A stretch of 63,755 nucleotides of DNA, filler included, from Olpidium bornovanus S191 (taxonomy: Eukaryota; Fungi; Olpidiomycota), in assembly GCA_017911155.1 (NCBI GenBank). It is 28 parts of 28 records of this genome, joined end to end, with 100 filler letters (N's around TTAATTAATTAA, not from the genome) between each part and the next. Parts side by side here need not be neighbours in the genome. Positions count along the whole stretch, not along the records: positions 21,529 to 25,346 come from JAEFCI010010879.1; positions 25,447 to 27,020 come from JAEFCI010013410.1; positions 27,121 to 28,579 come from JAEFCI010010821.1; positions 28,680 to 30,864 come from JAEFCI010011833.1; positions 30,965 to 32,247 come from JAEFCI010010968.1; positions 32,348 to 34,407 come from JAEFCI010001187.1; 22 more parts are not named here. The stretch is one strand, 5' to 3'. Below, in pieces: positions 23,401 to 34,507 of the stretch. Positions within the stretch are counted from its first letter, which is position 1. Each line of letters begins with the position of its first letter. Below the pieces are notes generated by a model. It did no database searches. It was not told the DNA's origin and saw only the letters and a list, made by a program, of their open reading frames with translations. The position numbers and the translations under genes are program-made.

Positions 23401-24346
23401 TGAAGGGTGACTTGAAGAAAATTTTCCGACGCAACTTTTGGTGGGGAATTATTTTTTTTTTTCCGAGTTGCCCTTTTTATCCCCTCCGGGAAGGGAGGGG
23501 CTGCCAACCCTCCCCCCCCCTCTTAGAAATTGAGGTATTAGGGTGATGGAATCAAGGATTCCGTGTTGTCACCCCAGACAGCGGGTAGGTATATGCACAG
23601 GAAGACAGCCACGCTTCTAAACACACGGGGGTCTTCCGGTGAACGTGTGATCTAAGATCCAGTTCCCTTTCAATTGCACAAGTGCAATCTAAAGGTCCCC
23701 TTCAGTCCGAAACGCTCGTCTGCTTAAAGCATCTCCACGACCTTTATTAAAAAGGTGCTAGGTAAACAGAATATCGGTGTAGATAAATGGTATGGAAGGA
23801 TGGGAGGGAGGGGATGAGGTGCGAGGAATCCTGGATTCCTCGTTCTATTTATACCCGTAAGCTCCCCCCTTTATTTCTCTCCGTCTATATGGAAAAGCTC
23901 GCCCCCCAGAGTCTGTCGGAGTCTTGTAGAACCTTTCTCCCTTTCGGGTGCGCTTTGGGCTTTGCCGCTTTACCCCCTGCCCCCCTTTCCCCCTTTTGGG
24001 GAAGGGGGAGACTTTCCCCCCGTGCCCCGTGCCTCTTGCGCACAGGCCCGGGGGGTTCAGGGGTGTGCTGCGCCACCCCCCTGGCGGAAACCAGGATACC
24101 GCAGTCGGGATGCGATTCCCATGATCCGCATGCTTTCATCCGGCGTTCGCACCGTGTGGTTCTGCCTCCTGCGGTGCTGTTGCTGCATCCTGCATCGGTC
24201 GCTCTTGAGTGGCATCGGGGCACGTGGGAAAATTCCAACACCCCCGTGACCCTCGTAAATGTACCTAAAATTTTTTCCAAACCAATTTGATACAAATGTT
24301 GAGTTTAGAAGCTGCACCATACATACTTGGGCGGGAGAAGGGCCGT

Positions 24347-24377
<31 letters not shown>

Positions 24378-24543
24378 GGGGGTTACCACTATGGTGCAGA
24401 TCGCCTAGGGTCAACATTTTTTGACCGAGACGCCAAGGGAATCAAGTCCTAAAAAACTAAACAATTCCATGATCTTTTTTATAGGATTTGTAGAGCAAGA
24501 TCTCCTCTACAATCCGTATAAAACGGATCTTGGATTGGTAAAG

Positions 24544-25045
24544 TGTGCTGTGGCACAGTCCCGGACGCCCGCGGAGGACGCTTAATCGAGCAGCGAATCG
24601 CTCGGATGCGCAGGAAGGACGGTCACGTGACCCGCGGCCGGACCTGTAAATTAACCCCAACCCAACCCCCACCCGTAGCAACGCAATACGCGGTACCTCA
24701 CCGCCAACCACGTCCCCCCCCCCACCCCCCCGGTAAAAAGACTGCCCCCGCCCGCAACCACGCGAACATGGAGCCCCGCGTGGGGACGTGACCGCGCGGA
24801 GGAGGGGCCACGACCGCGTCCGCGACCGCGCGGACGAGGAACAGACTCTGTCGCCGTTCTGCCTCGCCGCTCGGACGAGGACATAAATAGCGCTTCGCAC
24901 ATTCCGTAGTTCCGCTCCCCACAGACCAGGAAATACCTTGCCCTTCCCGAACTCGTTAGCCTCGTCACCTTACCCGTAGCTCCAGCGCGGACCTGACGTT
25001 GCAATAAGAAGAGACTTGAACTTTGCCGAACCTTGCCGCAGAACA
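24544..25045 (+). mobile_element. Solo LTR copy B (502 bp) with 5-bp TSD TAAAG, inverted relative to copy A
   Basis: TGT..ACA termini; TAAAG at 24539-24543 and 25046-25050; CATAAATAG at 24882; AATAAG at 25003. Confidence 0.85.
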
Positions 25046-25446
25046 TAAAGTTTCCAGGGCGCAGATAGCTGTCAAAGTACGGGACCAGTTCGTATGGGAC
25101 GGCGGCCAATTTGAAACATCCCGATCTGGTAAGGTCCATAGCTGCGGAAGCGGAGCCGGAAGCATAGGAGCGGGAGCGGGGAGTGGGAGCGGGGAGGGAT
25201 GGGCGGAGCGGAAAGGGAATGCGTTTGTTTTCTTGTTGTTGTGTTTGGCTGAGGGCAAAGCGCAAATTCACCTGTGGCGCACTCCCCGAGGGGGTTTTTA
25301 TACCCCCCCCCCCCCGGGAAAGTCGTCCAGCCCACCGGGGCGGGCGNNNNNNNNNNNNNNNNNNNNNNNNNNNNNNNNNNNNNNNNNNNNTTAATTAATT
25401 AANNNNNNNNNNNNNNNNNNNNNNNNNNNNNNNNNNNNNNNNNNNN

Positions 25447-25769
25447 CATGAAGGGACTGAAGCTCGACTTCCACAACGTGCAGCACGAGTGAGTTTTTTC
25501 GTTTCGGTTTAAACCGCTTAAACCAAGCGTTTTGACCGTTGCGTTTCTCGCTTACGCCGGAATGTCGTAGGACGCTCTACACGATATTCAAGCCGCTCAT
25601 TATCAGCCGTCTTACGAGGCAGATGGAGCGGACGATCAGAGACCAGCTGTACAACTACGTGGACGAGTTGGACAGGGCAGTCTGCGATGCCCGCGCCCGC
25701 GCCTCGCAGGCCGTGGACCAGGTGGCAGGCGACAGGATCGTACGGGGCGTCGACGACAACGTCGGCCAC
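25447..25769 (+). CDS. HAM1-like (BPI/TULIP-type) fungal protein, internal exons (25447-25488, 25571-25769)
   Basis: MKGLKLDFHNVQHE / TLYTIFKPLIISRLTRQMERTIRDQL..VDELD resembles the LKxxxxxSxHxxLYxIFKPL..QIExAI motif of this family. Confidence 0.45.
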
Positions 25770-27121
25770 GTGCGTCAGCGTGCCGCCCGCGACCGCAATG
25801 TCCAGCGCGAAAGCAGGATCCCCTATCCTCGCGACGTTGCTCGCGCTTGAGGGCCCGCAGCGCGTCTCTCCTGAATGCTCTTTCCCTCACGTGGGGTTTC
25901 CTGAGGTCTTAACGGCGAAAAAACTCTCCACGCTTCCCCGCCAACCTTCTGTTTTACGTCGACTCCCTTCCCGGGTGCCAATCGCGTGTCTTGCTGCAAA
26001 TAAATCCAAGTGCTGTCGAACGACGTGATTGCGATCGCCCCCGGCTGCAAAAAGCGCTGTGTTCTTTTGAAACCCGCGGTTGCTTCAACTTGCGGTTGCT
26101 TCAACTGGCGTTTACGGGAAAGATGCGCTTTTTTGGGAGGCTGGCAGTTTTTTTTTTTTTTTTTTTTTTGGTTTTGTTTTGTATGAGGACGGGAACCGGG
26201 GAGGCCTTCGTTCAGCGGGGAGCCCGCAGCGCCCACTTCCGGCGGAACTTGTGTGAAGTGCACTGCCGGAATTTGCAAAATTGCGCATCGTATTCTTTTT
26301 AACTTTTTTTCGCTCCGGCACAGCTCTTCCGCTCCGCGTGGTTGCGTGCGCGTGGCCTTCGTGCGGGGAAGCAGATGACGGACGAAAAAAAATAACTTTT
26401 TTTCTCTTATTTTTTTTTTTTTGTCTCGCGTGGGGGAATCCAAAAAGGGGGGGGGGGAGAAACGGCGCCCGGCAGAAAAGCGGGCCCGCTTGCGAAGAAC
26501 AGAGAGAACGGGAGAGAGAGCGCGCGCCGCGCGCGGGAAATTTCGAAGCGGAGGGAAACCCGACGCTGGGCGACGCGCGCCGCGCCGCGGAAAAAAAAAA
26601 AATACAAATTACCCCGTTGGGGAGGGGCGTGAGGTTTCCACACTTTTCACGCCTCCCCCCCTCCCCCCCTTTCCCCCCGCGATGCCGGTTATTTTCCAGA
26701 TCAACCGCCGGGAGGGAGGGGCGTGGCGCGGCGTTGCGCGGGCGGAGGGGGGTAGGGTGAGGGGGGCCGGAACGTCCGGAGAGACTTTCAAAAAAAAAGA
26801 GATTCCAAAAAAAAATTCGACCCGCCTCGCCCGCCTCTCTCTTTCCCCTGGTACATTCGTCATCAAATAGTCGTCTTCTAATCATTTTTTTTGGTCCAAT
26901 GGTTCACCAGAGGTACCCCAGAATGGGCTGTTCGGGGCCTGCAGAGTGCTTAAATAACGCGACCAGGTTCTTGCACGGTGCAAAACGCGCTGGTTTAGCA
27001 CATCTCCGGATACCACAAAANNNNNNNNNNNNNNNNNNNNNNNNNNNNNNNNNNNNNNNNNNNNTTAATTAATTAANNNNNNNNNNNNNNNNNNNNNNNN
27101 NNNNNNNNNNNNNNNNNNNNC

Positions 27122-28579
27122 ATGCACATCCCTGCCCGGGCACCGCCGCGGACGCCGCTTATCCGACAGGACGGAATGTCGGAACCGTGGTCTTTGGAGG
27201 TCGGCAAGGCTTTGCGACAGGCATTTAAATTGAAGGAATTTAGACCGAACCAGTTGGAGATTATCAACGCAACGTTGGCGGGCAGAAACGTCTTTGTCCT
27301 GATGCCAACGGGAGGCGGAAAGTCTCTATGTTATCAGCTGCCCGCGCTGGTGAGCAGCGGCCGCACGAGGGGCGTCACCATCGTAGTTTCCCCGCTGCTT
27401 TCGCTGATGGCGGACCAGGTGTCTTCGCTGACGTCCAAAGGGATCCTCAGTCTGTGCCTGAGCGGCGACCTGGACGCGGCGACGAAGCGGTGGGCGTACG
27501 AGGAGCTGAGTGCCGCGGAACCGCGAGTGCGGCTGGTGTACATCACGCCGGAAATGATCGCGAAAAGCTCCCAAGCGATCAGCGCCATCACGGCACTGCA
27601 CCGGAGACAACGGCTCGCAAGAATCGTTGTGGACGAAGCGCATTGCGTGTCGCAATGGGGTCATGACTTCAGGCCCGATTACAAGGACTTGGGAAGATTG
27701 AAGCAGATGTTCCCGGACGTGCCGGTGATGGCTCTGACGGCCACGGCGAACGCCAAGGTGCGGGTCGACGTTGTCCAGAACCTCAACATGGGGAACTGCC
27801 TTACCTTCGAGGCGAGTTTCAACCGCGCAAACCTCACGTACGAGGTTGTGCCGAAGAACCAGAAGGCGGTGCATAAGGAGATAGCCGAAATCGCCCGATC
27901 TTTCAGGAAGGGAACGTCGGGCATCGTTTACTGCGTATCCCGGCGGCAGTGCGAGGAGATGGCGGAGAAGCTCAACAGAGAGTACCGGATTCCGTGCGCG
28001 CACTATCACGCGGGTATGGAAAAGGACGACCGGCACCGCATCCAGTCGGACTGGCAGGCCGGCAAGGTCGACGTGATTGTGGCTACGGTCGCCTTTGGTA
28101 TGGGCATCGACAAGCCGGACGTGCGCTTTGTAATCCACTACTCGATGCCGCAGTCGCTCGAAGGGTACTACCAGGAGACAGGTCGCGCCGGGCGGGACGG
28201 CGAGCTGGCGCGCTGCATCTTGTTCTACGCGTACCGCGACAAGGCGACCCACGAGTATAACATCGACCGAGGCGAAGGCAGCTGGGAGCAGAAGGAACGC
28301 CAGCGGCACAACCTCCGCGAGGTCGTTACGTTCTGCGAAAACCAGTCCGACTGCCGCCGCGTCCAACTGCTGGGGTACTTCGGCGAGACGTTCGACCGGC
28401 GCTCCTGCAATCGAACCTGCGACAATTGCCGGTCGAGCATCGCCACGGTCACACGTGACATGACCGAGGATGCCCGCAACCTGACCAACATCGTGCGCGC
28501 GGCGGCGTCCGCAAGAGAGAAGGTCACTCTTCCTCTCGTTGTGGATGCGTGGCGGGGATCGTCGAACCAGTCGGTCAAG
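27122..28579 (+). CDS. SGS1: RecQ helicase SGS1/BLM, helicase core plus RQC zinc domain, partial at both ends
   Basis: FRPNQLEIINATL, MPTGGGKSLCYQLPA, VDEAHCVSQWGHDFRPDY, SFNRANL, AFGMGIDKPDVRFVIH, YYQETGRAGRDG, CRRVQLLGYFGE..CDNC. Confidence 0.98.
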
Positions 28580-29298
28580 NNNNNNNNNNNNNNNNNNNNN
28601 NNNNNNNNNNNNNNNNNNNNNNNTTAATTAATTAANNNNNNNNNNNNNNNNNNNNNNNNNNNNNNNNNNNNNNNNNNNNATCCGCGGGAGGCTGAAAACA
28701 AGAAACGCCGGTTCTTAACGAAGGGCACTCTTGTGTCTATGTTGCTGTTGTTTTCTTTGTCACATAGGTTACGGACACGACGGCGGAAAGAACCGCCATG
28801 GTCCTCTCTAAGACCAGTTTCGTCATCTACTGCGACTTGTCCTTCGCTGCACCATATTATATATGATATCCACTATTATAGTGGTATATAATTATATCTT
28901 ACCATTTATAATAATAATTACATTTATATCTTTTTCCCCCGTGACACTCATGCGACCTGCACGCCACCACCGCCACTCCGCACACGGTTGGCCATTGTTT
29001 TGCGTCGTGCGCGCGAGAAGAGAAGCGGAGGTCGTCTCCGGGCTAACGCAGAGGAGGGTCAGGGCGCCGGAAGGACGACGCCCCGTGTTACTTTCCGTCC
29101 TCTTTGTGTGCGATGCGGGCGGAGGAAGAAGAGAGAGAAGAAAAAAAAAAAAAAAAAAAAAACCGAGGGCGGATAAACACGTAAGAGGAATCTTTCGACG
29201 CCTCCCAACCCCAAACCAACCCCAACTTGCCGCCCGCGTCGCTCCCGTCGGTGCCGGGGCCTACCCTCCCGTCACGCGCCCCCCGCGCCCCAAAAGCA

Positions 29299-30000
29299 AT
29301 GCCGGCCGGTTCGAGCGGCGGCGCCGCCTGGCGCTCGTTCGACGGGCCTGCCCAGCTGTGCTTCGTCCCCCGCCTCGCCGACGACGACTGCGACGACGGC
29401 CGCGAAGGCTGCGTCACGCGCGGCCGTCACAAATGGCAGCTGGTCTCCGGGCACCTGTTCCAGGCGGCCGGCGGCGGCGCCGCGGCGGGCGCGGCCGGCC
29501 ACCGGTCGATCGCCGTTCGGCTGCTGCCCGCCGGACGCAACGCCGCGGTCGCCAGGCCCGCGCTGCACAGGTGCTGCGGGGCCGTCGAGGTGTACGACCT
29601 GGTGTTCCTGGAGTCGCGCCCCGCGCCGGGCGGCGCCGGCGCCCGCGGGGAACCGGGCTGCGAGGCGCGCGTTTGGAACGGCACGGTGCACAACGTCCTC
29701 AGGGAAGCGGAAGGCGGGGACGCGGCGCGGCTGTCCACCGAACTGCTGCGAGGGGGCGACGGCGGCGGCGGCGCGGAGGAGGCGTCGTCGTCGTCTCCGC
29801 CGGTGCCGGCGCCGCCGGGCTCGTGCGCAGCGGCCGCGCCGCTCTTTTCGTTCAGCCCGACGGTCGTCAAAACCGGCCCTGCCGCGATCCAGCACGCCAG
29901 GAAGTTCTTCGCGTCGTTCGCCGACGCGATCCTGAGGGACGAAGCCGAGGGCTGGGTGGTCTGCCTGGGCCACGCGACCCTGCGAGCGCCGGCTTCATGA
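29299..30000 (+). CDS. Hypothetical protein (single exon, GC3-rich)
   Basis: ATG to TGA with host-like codon bias and globular-looking segments (VEVYDLVFLE, ARVWNGTVHNVL, ARKFFASFADAIL). No family recognised. Confidence 0.6.
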   Translation: MPAGSSGGAAWRSFDGPAQLCFVPRLADDDCDDGREGCVTRGRHKWQLVSGHLFQAAGGGAAAGAAGHRSIAVRLLPAGRNAAVARPALHRCCGAVEVYDLVFLESRPAPGGAGARGEPGCEARVWNGTVHNVLREAEGGDAARLSTELLRGGDGGGGAEEASSSSPPVPAPPGSCAAAAPLFSFSPTVVKTGPAAIQHARKFFASFADAILRDEAEGWVVCLGHATLRAPAS

Positions 30001-30052
30001 AACGCGACGTGGCCACGCGACCCAGCGAACGCCGGCTTCATGAAACGCGACG
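29968..30052 (+). repeat. 43-bp imperfect tandem duplication across the stop codon
   Basis: GGCCACGCGACCC..CGCCGGCTTCATGAAACGCGACG at 29968 and again at 30011. Confidence 0.9.
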
Positions 30053-30298
30053 CCTTGGCGTAGGAGGGAGGCGGGTTGGGGGTGAAGATGAGCCTGGAAG
30101 CTCTCTCGCCTTTTGCGAAATGAGAGAGAGAAGCGAAAACATCCGGCCGCGAGGCGGAGGGATAAGAGAGAGATATTCAGAGCGGAGGGCGTCACCCGCG
30201 CCCGACCCCCCGCCCTCGCCCTCTTCCCTGCCCGGTTCGCAAAGGCTTCCCGGTTGCCGGGGGGGCCGGACCTACCCCGCGCCCGCGGGCTACTTTCC

Positions 30299-30334
<36 letters not shown>

Positions 30335-31299
30335 GCCGTAATTGCGTTTTTTTTTTTCCTTCTTTTTTTCGTCGACTTCGTAGCCCGGAAAAGTTACCTC
30401 CCATCTTTCTTCCCGTCCTTCAAAACACTTCATGCCTTTCTTTAATTCTGCATGAGAGGCAAATGTATTTGTACCGCCGAAAGCGCCCGGCCGTCTAGAA
30501 GACGAGGCCACGACTTTTTTTTTTTTTTTTTGCTCGTGTTTGGTTTCACCGAGAGTGCGTCGGGACACGTCATGTTTTTTGTTTTCCCGGGGGACCGGGG
30601 GGACAATTTTCGAAGCAGAACGGGGAGAGCTGATCCGACGCGACTCTGCGGTTGCGGGGCGAGGGTGGTGGGGTTTGACGTGCATCGTCGGAGTAAAGAA
30701 AAAGAAAAAAAAAAAACGCACAGAGAGCCAAGCCCGAAAGCCGCTCCTTGTTCCCGTGCTGGCTGTATATATATATATGTATATACACACAGCCAAACCC
30801 CCCAGATATCTCGTTGATATATTGGTAGTCACCAAAACGCGACATCACCGGAAGATATCGCATGNNNNNNNNNNNNNNNNNNNNNNNNNNNNNNNNNNNN
30901 NNNNNNNNTTAATTAATTAANNNNNNNNNNNNNNNNNNNNNNNNNNNNNNNNNNNNNNNNNNNNCCATGCGGGTCCTACGGATACGCCCAGGAAGAGCGG
31001 TGCGGTCACAGGTGGTGATGACGCGCCGTCCCTCTCCAGCTCCCGCAGTGGCCCGGTATCCAGAAGGTTCAAGGCGACGAAAAATTGGAATGCAGGGGAC
31101 GAGGATAGTGATATGCCGGCCGCGCCCTGTGAGTCAGGCTTGTTGCGCACCCGCGCCGACGTAATAATTGGGAGCGCCTTACGTGTTGATCCCGCTCTGA
31201 TGGCTGTTGCCTAGGGCTAGACGAAGAGCTGGACGCTAGACTAAGTTCAAACCATCGCGCCGGCACGCCCGACCGAGATTGGATGAGAGACACTCCACC

Positions 31300-31920
31300 A
31301 TCAGTCGCCAGCGACAAGGCCACGCGACAATTATCCGCTTTCCGACCATTCCTGTCCCCCCGAACAGGACATAGCAGCCAGCAGCAGCAGGGCTCACCGG
31401 GTACGACAGCGCCTCGAAACCGAAGTTCCTACGAAGCAGCCGGCGGAGCCCCTTCGGAACATCAACAGCAAAATCGTCCGTCGGCCGAGAAAGCCCAAGC
31501 GGCAGCGGGCGGAGCTGCCGCGGCCGGCGGTATCAAAACCTCGAACGACATAGACGCCGGGCTGCTGTACAAGAAGATCAAGCTGGAGCTCACCGCTAAA
31601 GAGTTCAACGACTTCGCCAAAGGTATGCTTTTTTGCTTATGATGCTCTTCTCACGTTTCGCCTTTATGCTGGAAAATTGCAACCGGAGCGGGTGTCAACA
31701 GCCGCTGAATGTCTCCCTCCTTTTACATTCCTGCGTCGTCCCATTCTGCGATCCAGCCATTGCTGCCTTCAACTCGTCAGTGAAGACGGCCGAGCAGACC
31801 ATCGACGATGTGGAGCGTCTTGTGAAAAACCACTCACTGTTCACGCAGATGAAGGCGTTGATATATAAAGGTGCGGAAGGCGACCCTGGAGAAGTGATGC
31901 TGCCAGCTGTACGATTCTAA
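31300..31920 (+). CDS. Protein ending in an At4g15545-like/PAH-like helical domain (last two exons; intron 31623-31756); start coordinate approximate
   Basis: DAGLLYKKIKLELTAKEFNDFAK / AIAAFNSSVKTAEQTIDDVERLVKNHSLFTQMKALI parallels DGKEFFRQARxRLSYEQFSAFLANIKELN..QTREETL. Confidence 0.5.
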
Positions 31921-32347
31921 CGCCAGCCTGCGGTTCCTCCGGGTCTGTCCGTGTCATCCGTGCGGATGAAAACAGCCACAGAAGAGAGTAAGAATTCGTG
32001 AGAAGAGCACGTAACCTCGTTTTAGGTGGAAGATGTTCAATGGCTGCGTCCGGGCAGATTTAGCGCGCATGAAGATGCGACTTGGTTGCCGACATCATTG
32101 TTATCATTACTAGGAACTCCTGTTAACATGCCAGCTGTAGGCCTGTTTAATGATATCACGGTCAGCTGGCCTCCTGCCTTGGGTTCCAAGCGTGCAACGA
32201 ATCTCGGTCTGGCCGGGTGGAAACACACCCCCAGGCGTGGGGCGCAGNNNNNNNNNNNNNNNNNNNNNNNNNNNNNNNNNNNNNNNNNNNNTTAATTAAT
32301 TAANNNNNNNNNNNNNNNNNNNNNNNNNNNNNNNNNNNNNNNNNNNN

Positions 32348-34407
32348 AAAGTGGAGGTTCCTGTCCATCTCGATGAGCATCGGCGGGTCGCGGCTCTCGA
32401 AAGTGTACTGCTCCGCGTCTATGGGAGGCTCGCCGGACAAGCAGACGTAGTTGAGGATGTCCTCCATGACGACCGTCTGCGGAATTTTTAGGGGCACGGT
32501 CCGGCCGTCCGGGAGGACGACCGTGAACGAGTACGGCCCGGGGCCGCCCGAGGGGCTCCAGCACACCGCCGCGGGTAAGCCGCCGACGCCGCAGTCCGGC
32601 AGGGACCCGGCCGCGGGCGACGTCGGGCCGGACGGGCTGCCCGGCGGCCTGATTATCTCGGAGAGGTCGGACGCGGCGCGGCCGCGGTTGCGGAATTGGC
32701 TTCGCTTCAGCGTCGCGAAGGCCGGCGGGACCGGCGACCCGGGCGCGCTGGCCGGCGGGGAACCGCCGGGGACTGGGGGTATGCCCACGGTGGGAGACGC
32801 GGACACCGCCCTCTTCCGCAAGGCCGGGCCGGCGACCGGCGCGGCGGTTTCGCCGCCGCCCCCGCTCGCCGCTTCCTGATCGGGCCGGCCGGAAGCAGGA
32901 GCGGGCGAACACGGGGGGAGCCCGCCGCCGGCGTCCCCCGGCACCGCCGGCGGAGCCGGCGCTCCCCCCGACGGACTCCCGGCCGGCGCCCCCGCCGTCC
33001 TCGTCGTCCTCGCCGGCACCGGTGGCGGCTTCGCCTCCCCGGACACCGGCCGCTCCGCGCAAACTTCGGCGGACGCGGCGGTCTTCAAGGGATCCTCCAC
33101 GCTTTCGGCGGAAACGGAACTTTTCGGGCTGTGGAAATTGTCCACCGAGATGCTGAAGCCCGACTGACCGGAGGAGCTTTTCGGGATCATCGCCGCCCCT
33201 TTCTTTTTCTGAGTGCCGACGTCGGCGCTGCTGGCCGCCGAAAGCTGAAATCTCCGCCATTGGGCGCCCGGGCTCTCGGCCGCCCGCCCGCCGCCGCCGC
33301 CGCCGCCGCCGCCGCCCCCTTCGCCCACGCCGCCGCCGACGCCGACGCCCTCGGAAGACGAAGAAACGCTCTCGGCCTCGGACTCGTCGCCTTCCGCCAC
33401 GTAGAGGCCCTTGCTGCCGCTGCGGAAAAACTTCCGCGAGAGGGTGCCCCACTTGACCGCGGCTTTGGACAGGGTGTTGGACTTTGACGAGGCGGGTCCG
33501 TAAACGAACTCGGGAAATTTCGGCGGGGGGCCGAGGATCGGCGGCGGCGGCGTTTCGCCGGGCTCGTTCGCCCCTGCCGGGCCGGACGTCGGTTCCGCCG
33601 CCTCGCGCACGACCAACTTGGGGAAATCGCGGTTGGCCGCCAGCCGGATTTGCTGCTGCGGCGGTGCGGCCAAAACCGACCCCCTCCTCCCGGCGCGCGG
33701 TTGCGGCGGCCGAAGGTCTGCGTGCAGAGAGGAATCCGGCGGGCCTTTTTCCCAAATCAGGGGATTTGCCCGGGGCGGTTCAATCAAACGCAGTCAGCCG
33801 TGCGCCCTCTGCGCTTAGACATGCGGAAATTAGGGAAAAGGGAGGTCGGGGCCGGGGGCGAACGGGCTAAATGCACGGCCCCTTCCCCGCCCCCCCTCTC
33901 CCTCCCCCCTCGACGCCAGGAGACAATCAATCGTGTGACATTTACCGGACTTGTTTTCCGGCGGCAGCGCCGGGAGGTGCCGGACGAGATCCGTCTGACT
34001 GCCATGCGACAGTGAGGACTCGTTGACAAAAATCAGCCCAATTACGGTGGGGAATTCTTCCAGCTTTTGGTCGATGTGAGTGAACGGGTGTTCCCCGGTG
34101 GTCGTCACGATGCGGATTTCGCGAGTTGCGAGGCCAACGGCCTTCTTCTGCTCCACCACCCTGATCACCTCACGGAGCGTCGCGGTCCGCTCGACTTTGA
34201 CCACGGTGTAAGCGTCGTGGCCGAAATAGGCTTTTAGATACAGGACGGATCCGGTATTCCCTGGGCTCCTGCTCATTAGAGACGACCATGCGCCGGTTTA
34301 CCTGAAGGATTTCCTCGGAGACGCCAACGTGATGGCAAAAGACGACCGCGAAGTGTCACTGGTCGAATTGCGACGGGTATGAGAGACGGGCGAAACCCTC
34401 GGGCTCG
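32348..34407 (-). CDS. Protein with two ubiquitin-fold Ras-binding-like (RBD) domains separated by a long disordered linker, partial
   Basis: LYLKAYFGHDAYTVVKVERTATLREVIRVVEQKK (exon about 34268-33946) and YSFTVVLPDGRTVPLKIPQTVVMEDILNYVC..YTFE (exon 33744-32348). The intron is frame-consistent. Confidence 0.5.
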
Positions 34408-34507
34408 NNNNNNNNNNNNNNNNNNNNNNNNNNNNNNNNNNNNNNNNNNNNTTAATTAATTAANNNNNNNNNNNNNNNNNNNNNNNNNNNNNNNNNNNNN
34501 NNNNNNN

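Noticed and set aside
22879-25045. A single foldback/TIR transposon defined by the 500-bp inverted repeat
   Set aside because: Each arm has its own TGT..ACA termini and a separate 5-bp TSD, so two solo LTRs explain it better.
22866-25271. Paralogous ORFs sharing CGKVRQSS..LLQRQVRAGATGKVTRLTSS
   Set aside because: The shared peptide is just translation of the LTR copies; the frames diverge at indels.
29299-29500. Possible REC114 PH-like similarity (WQLVSGHLF)
   Set aside because: Only a few residues match and the downstream pattern does not.
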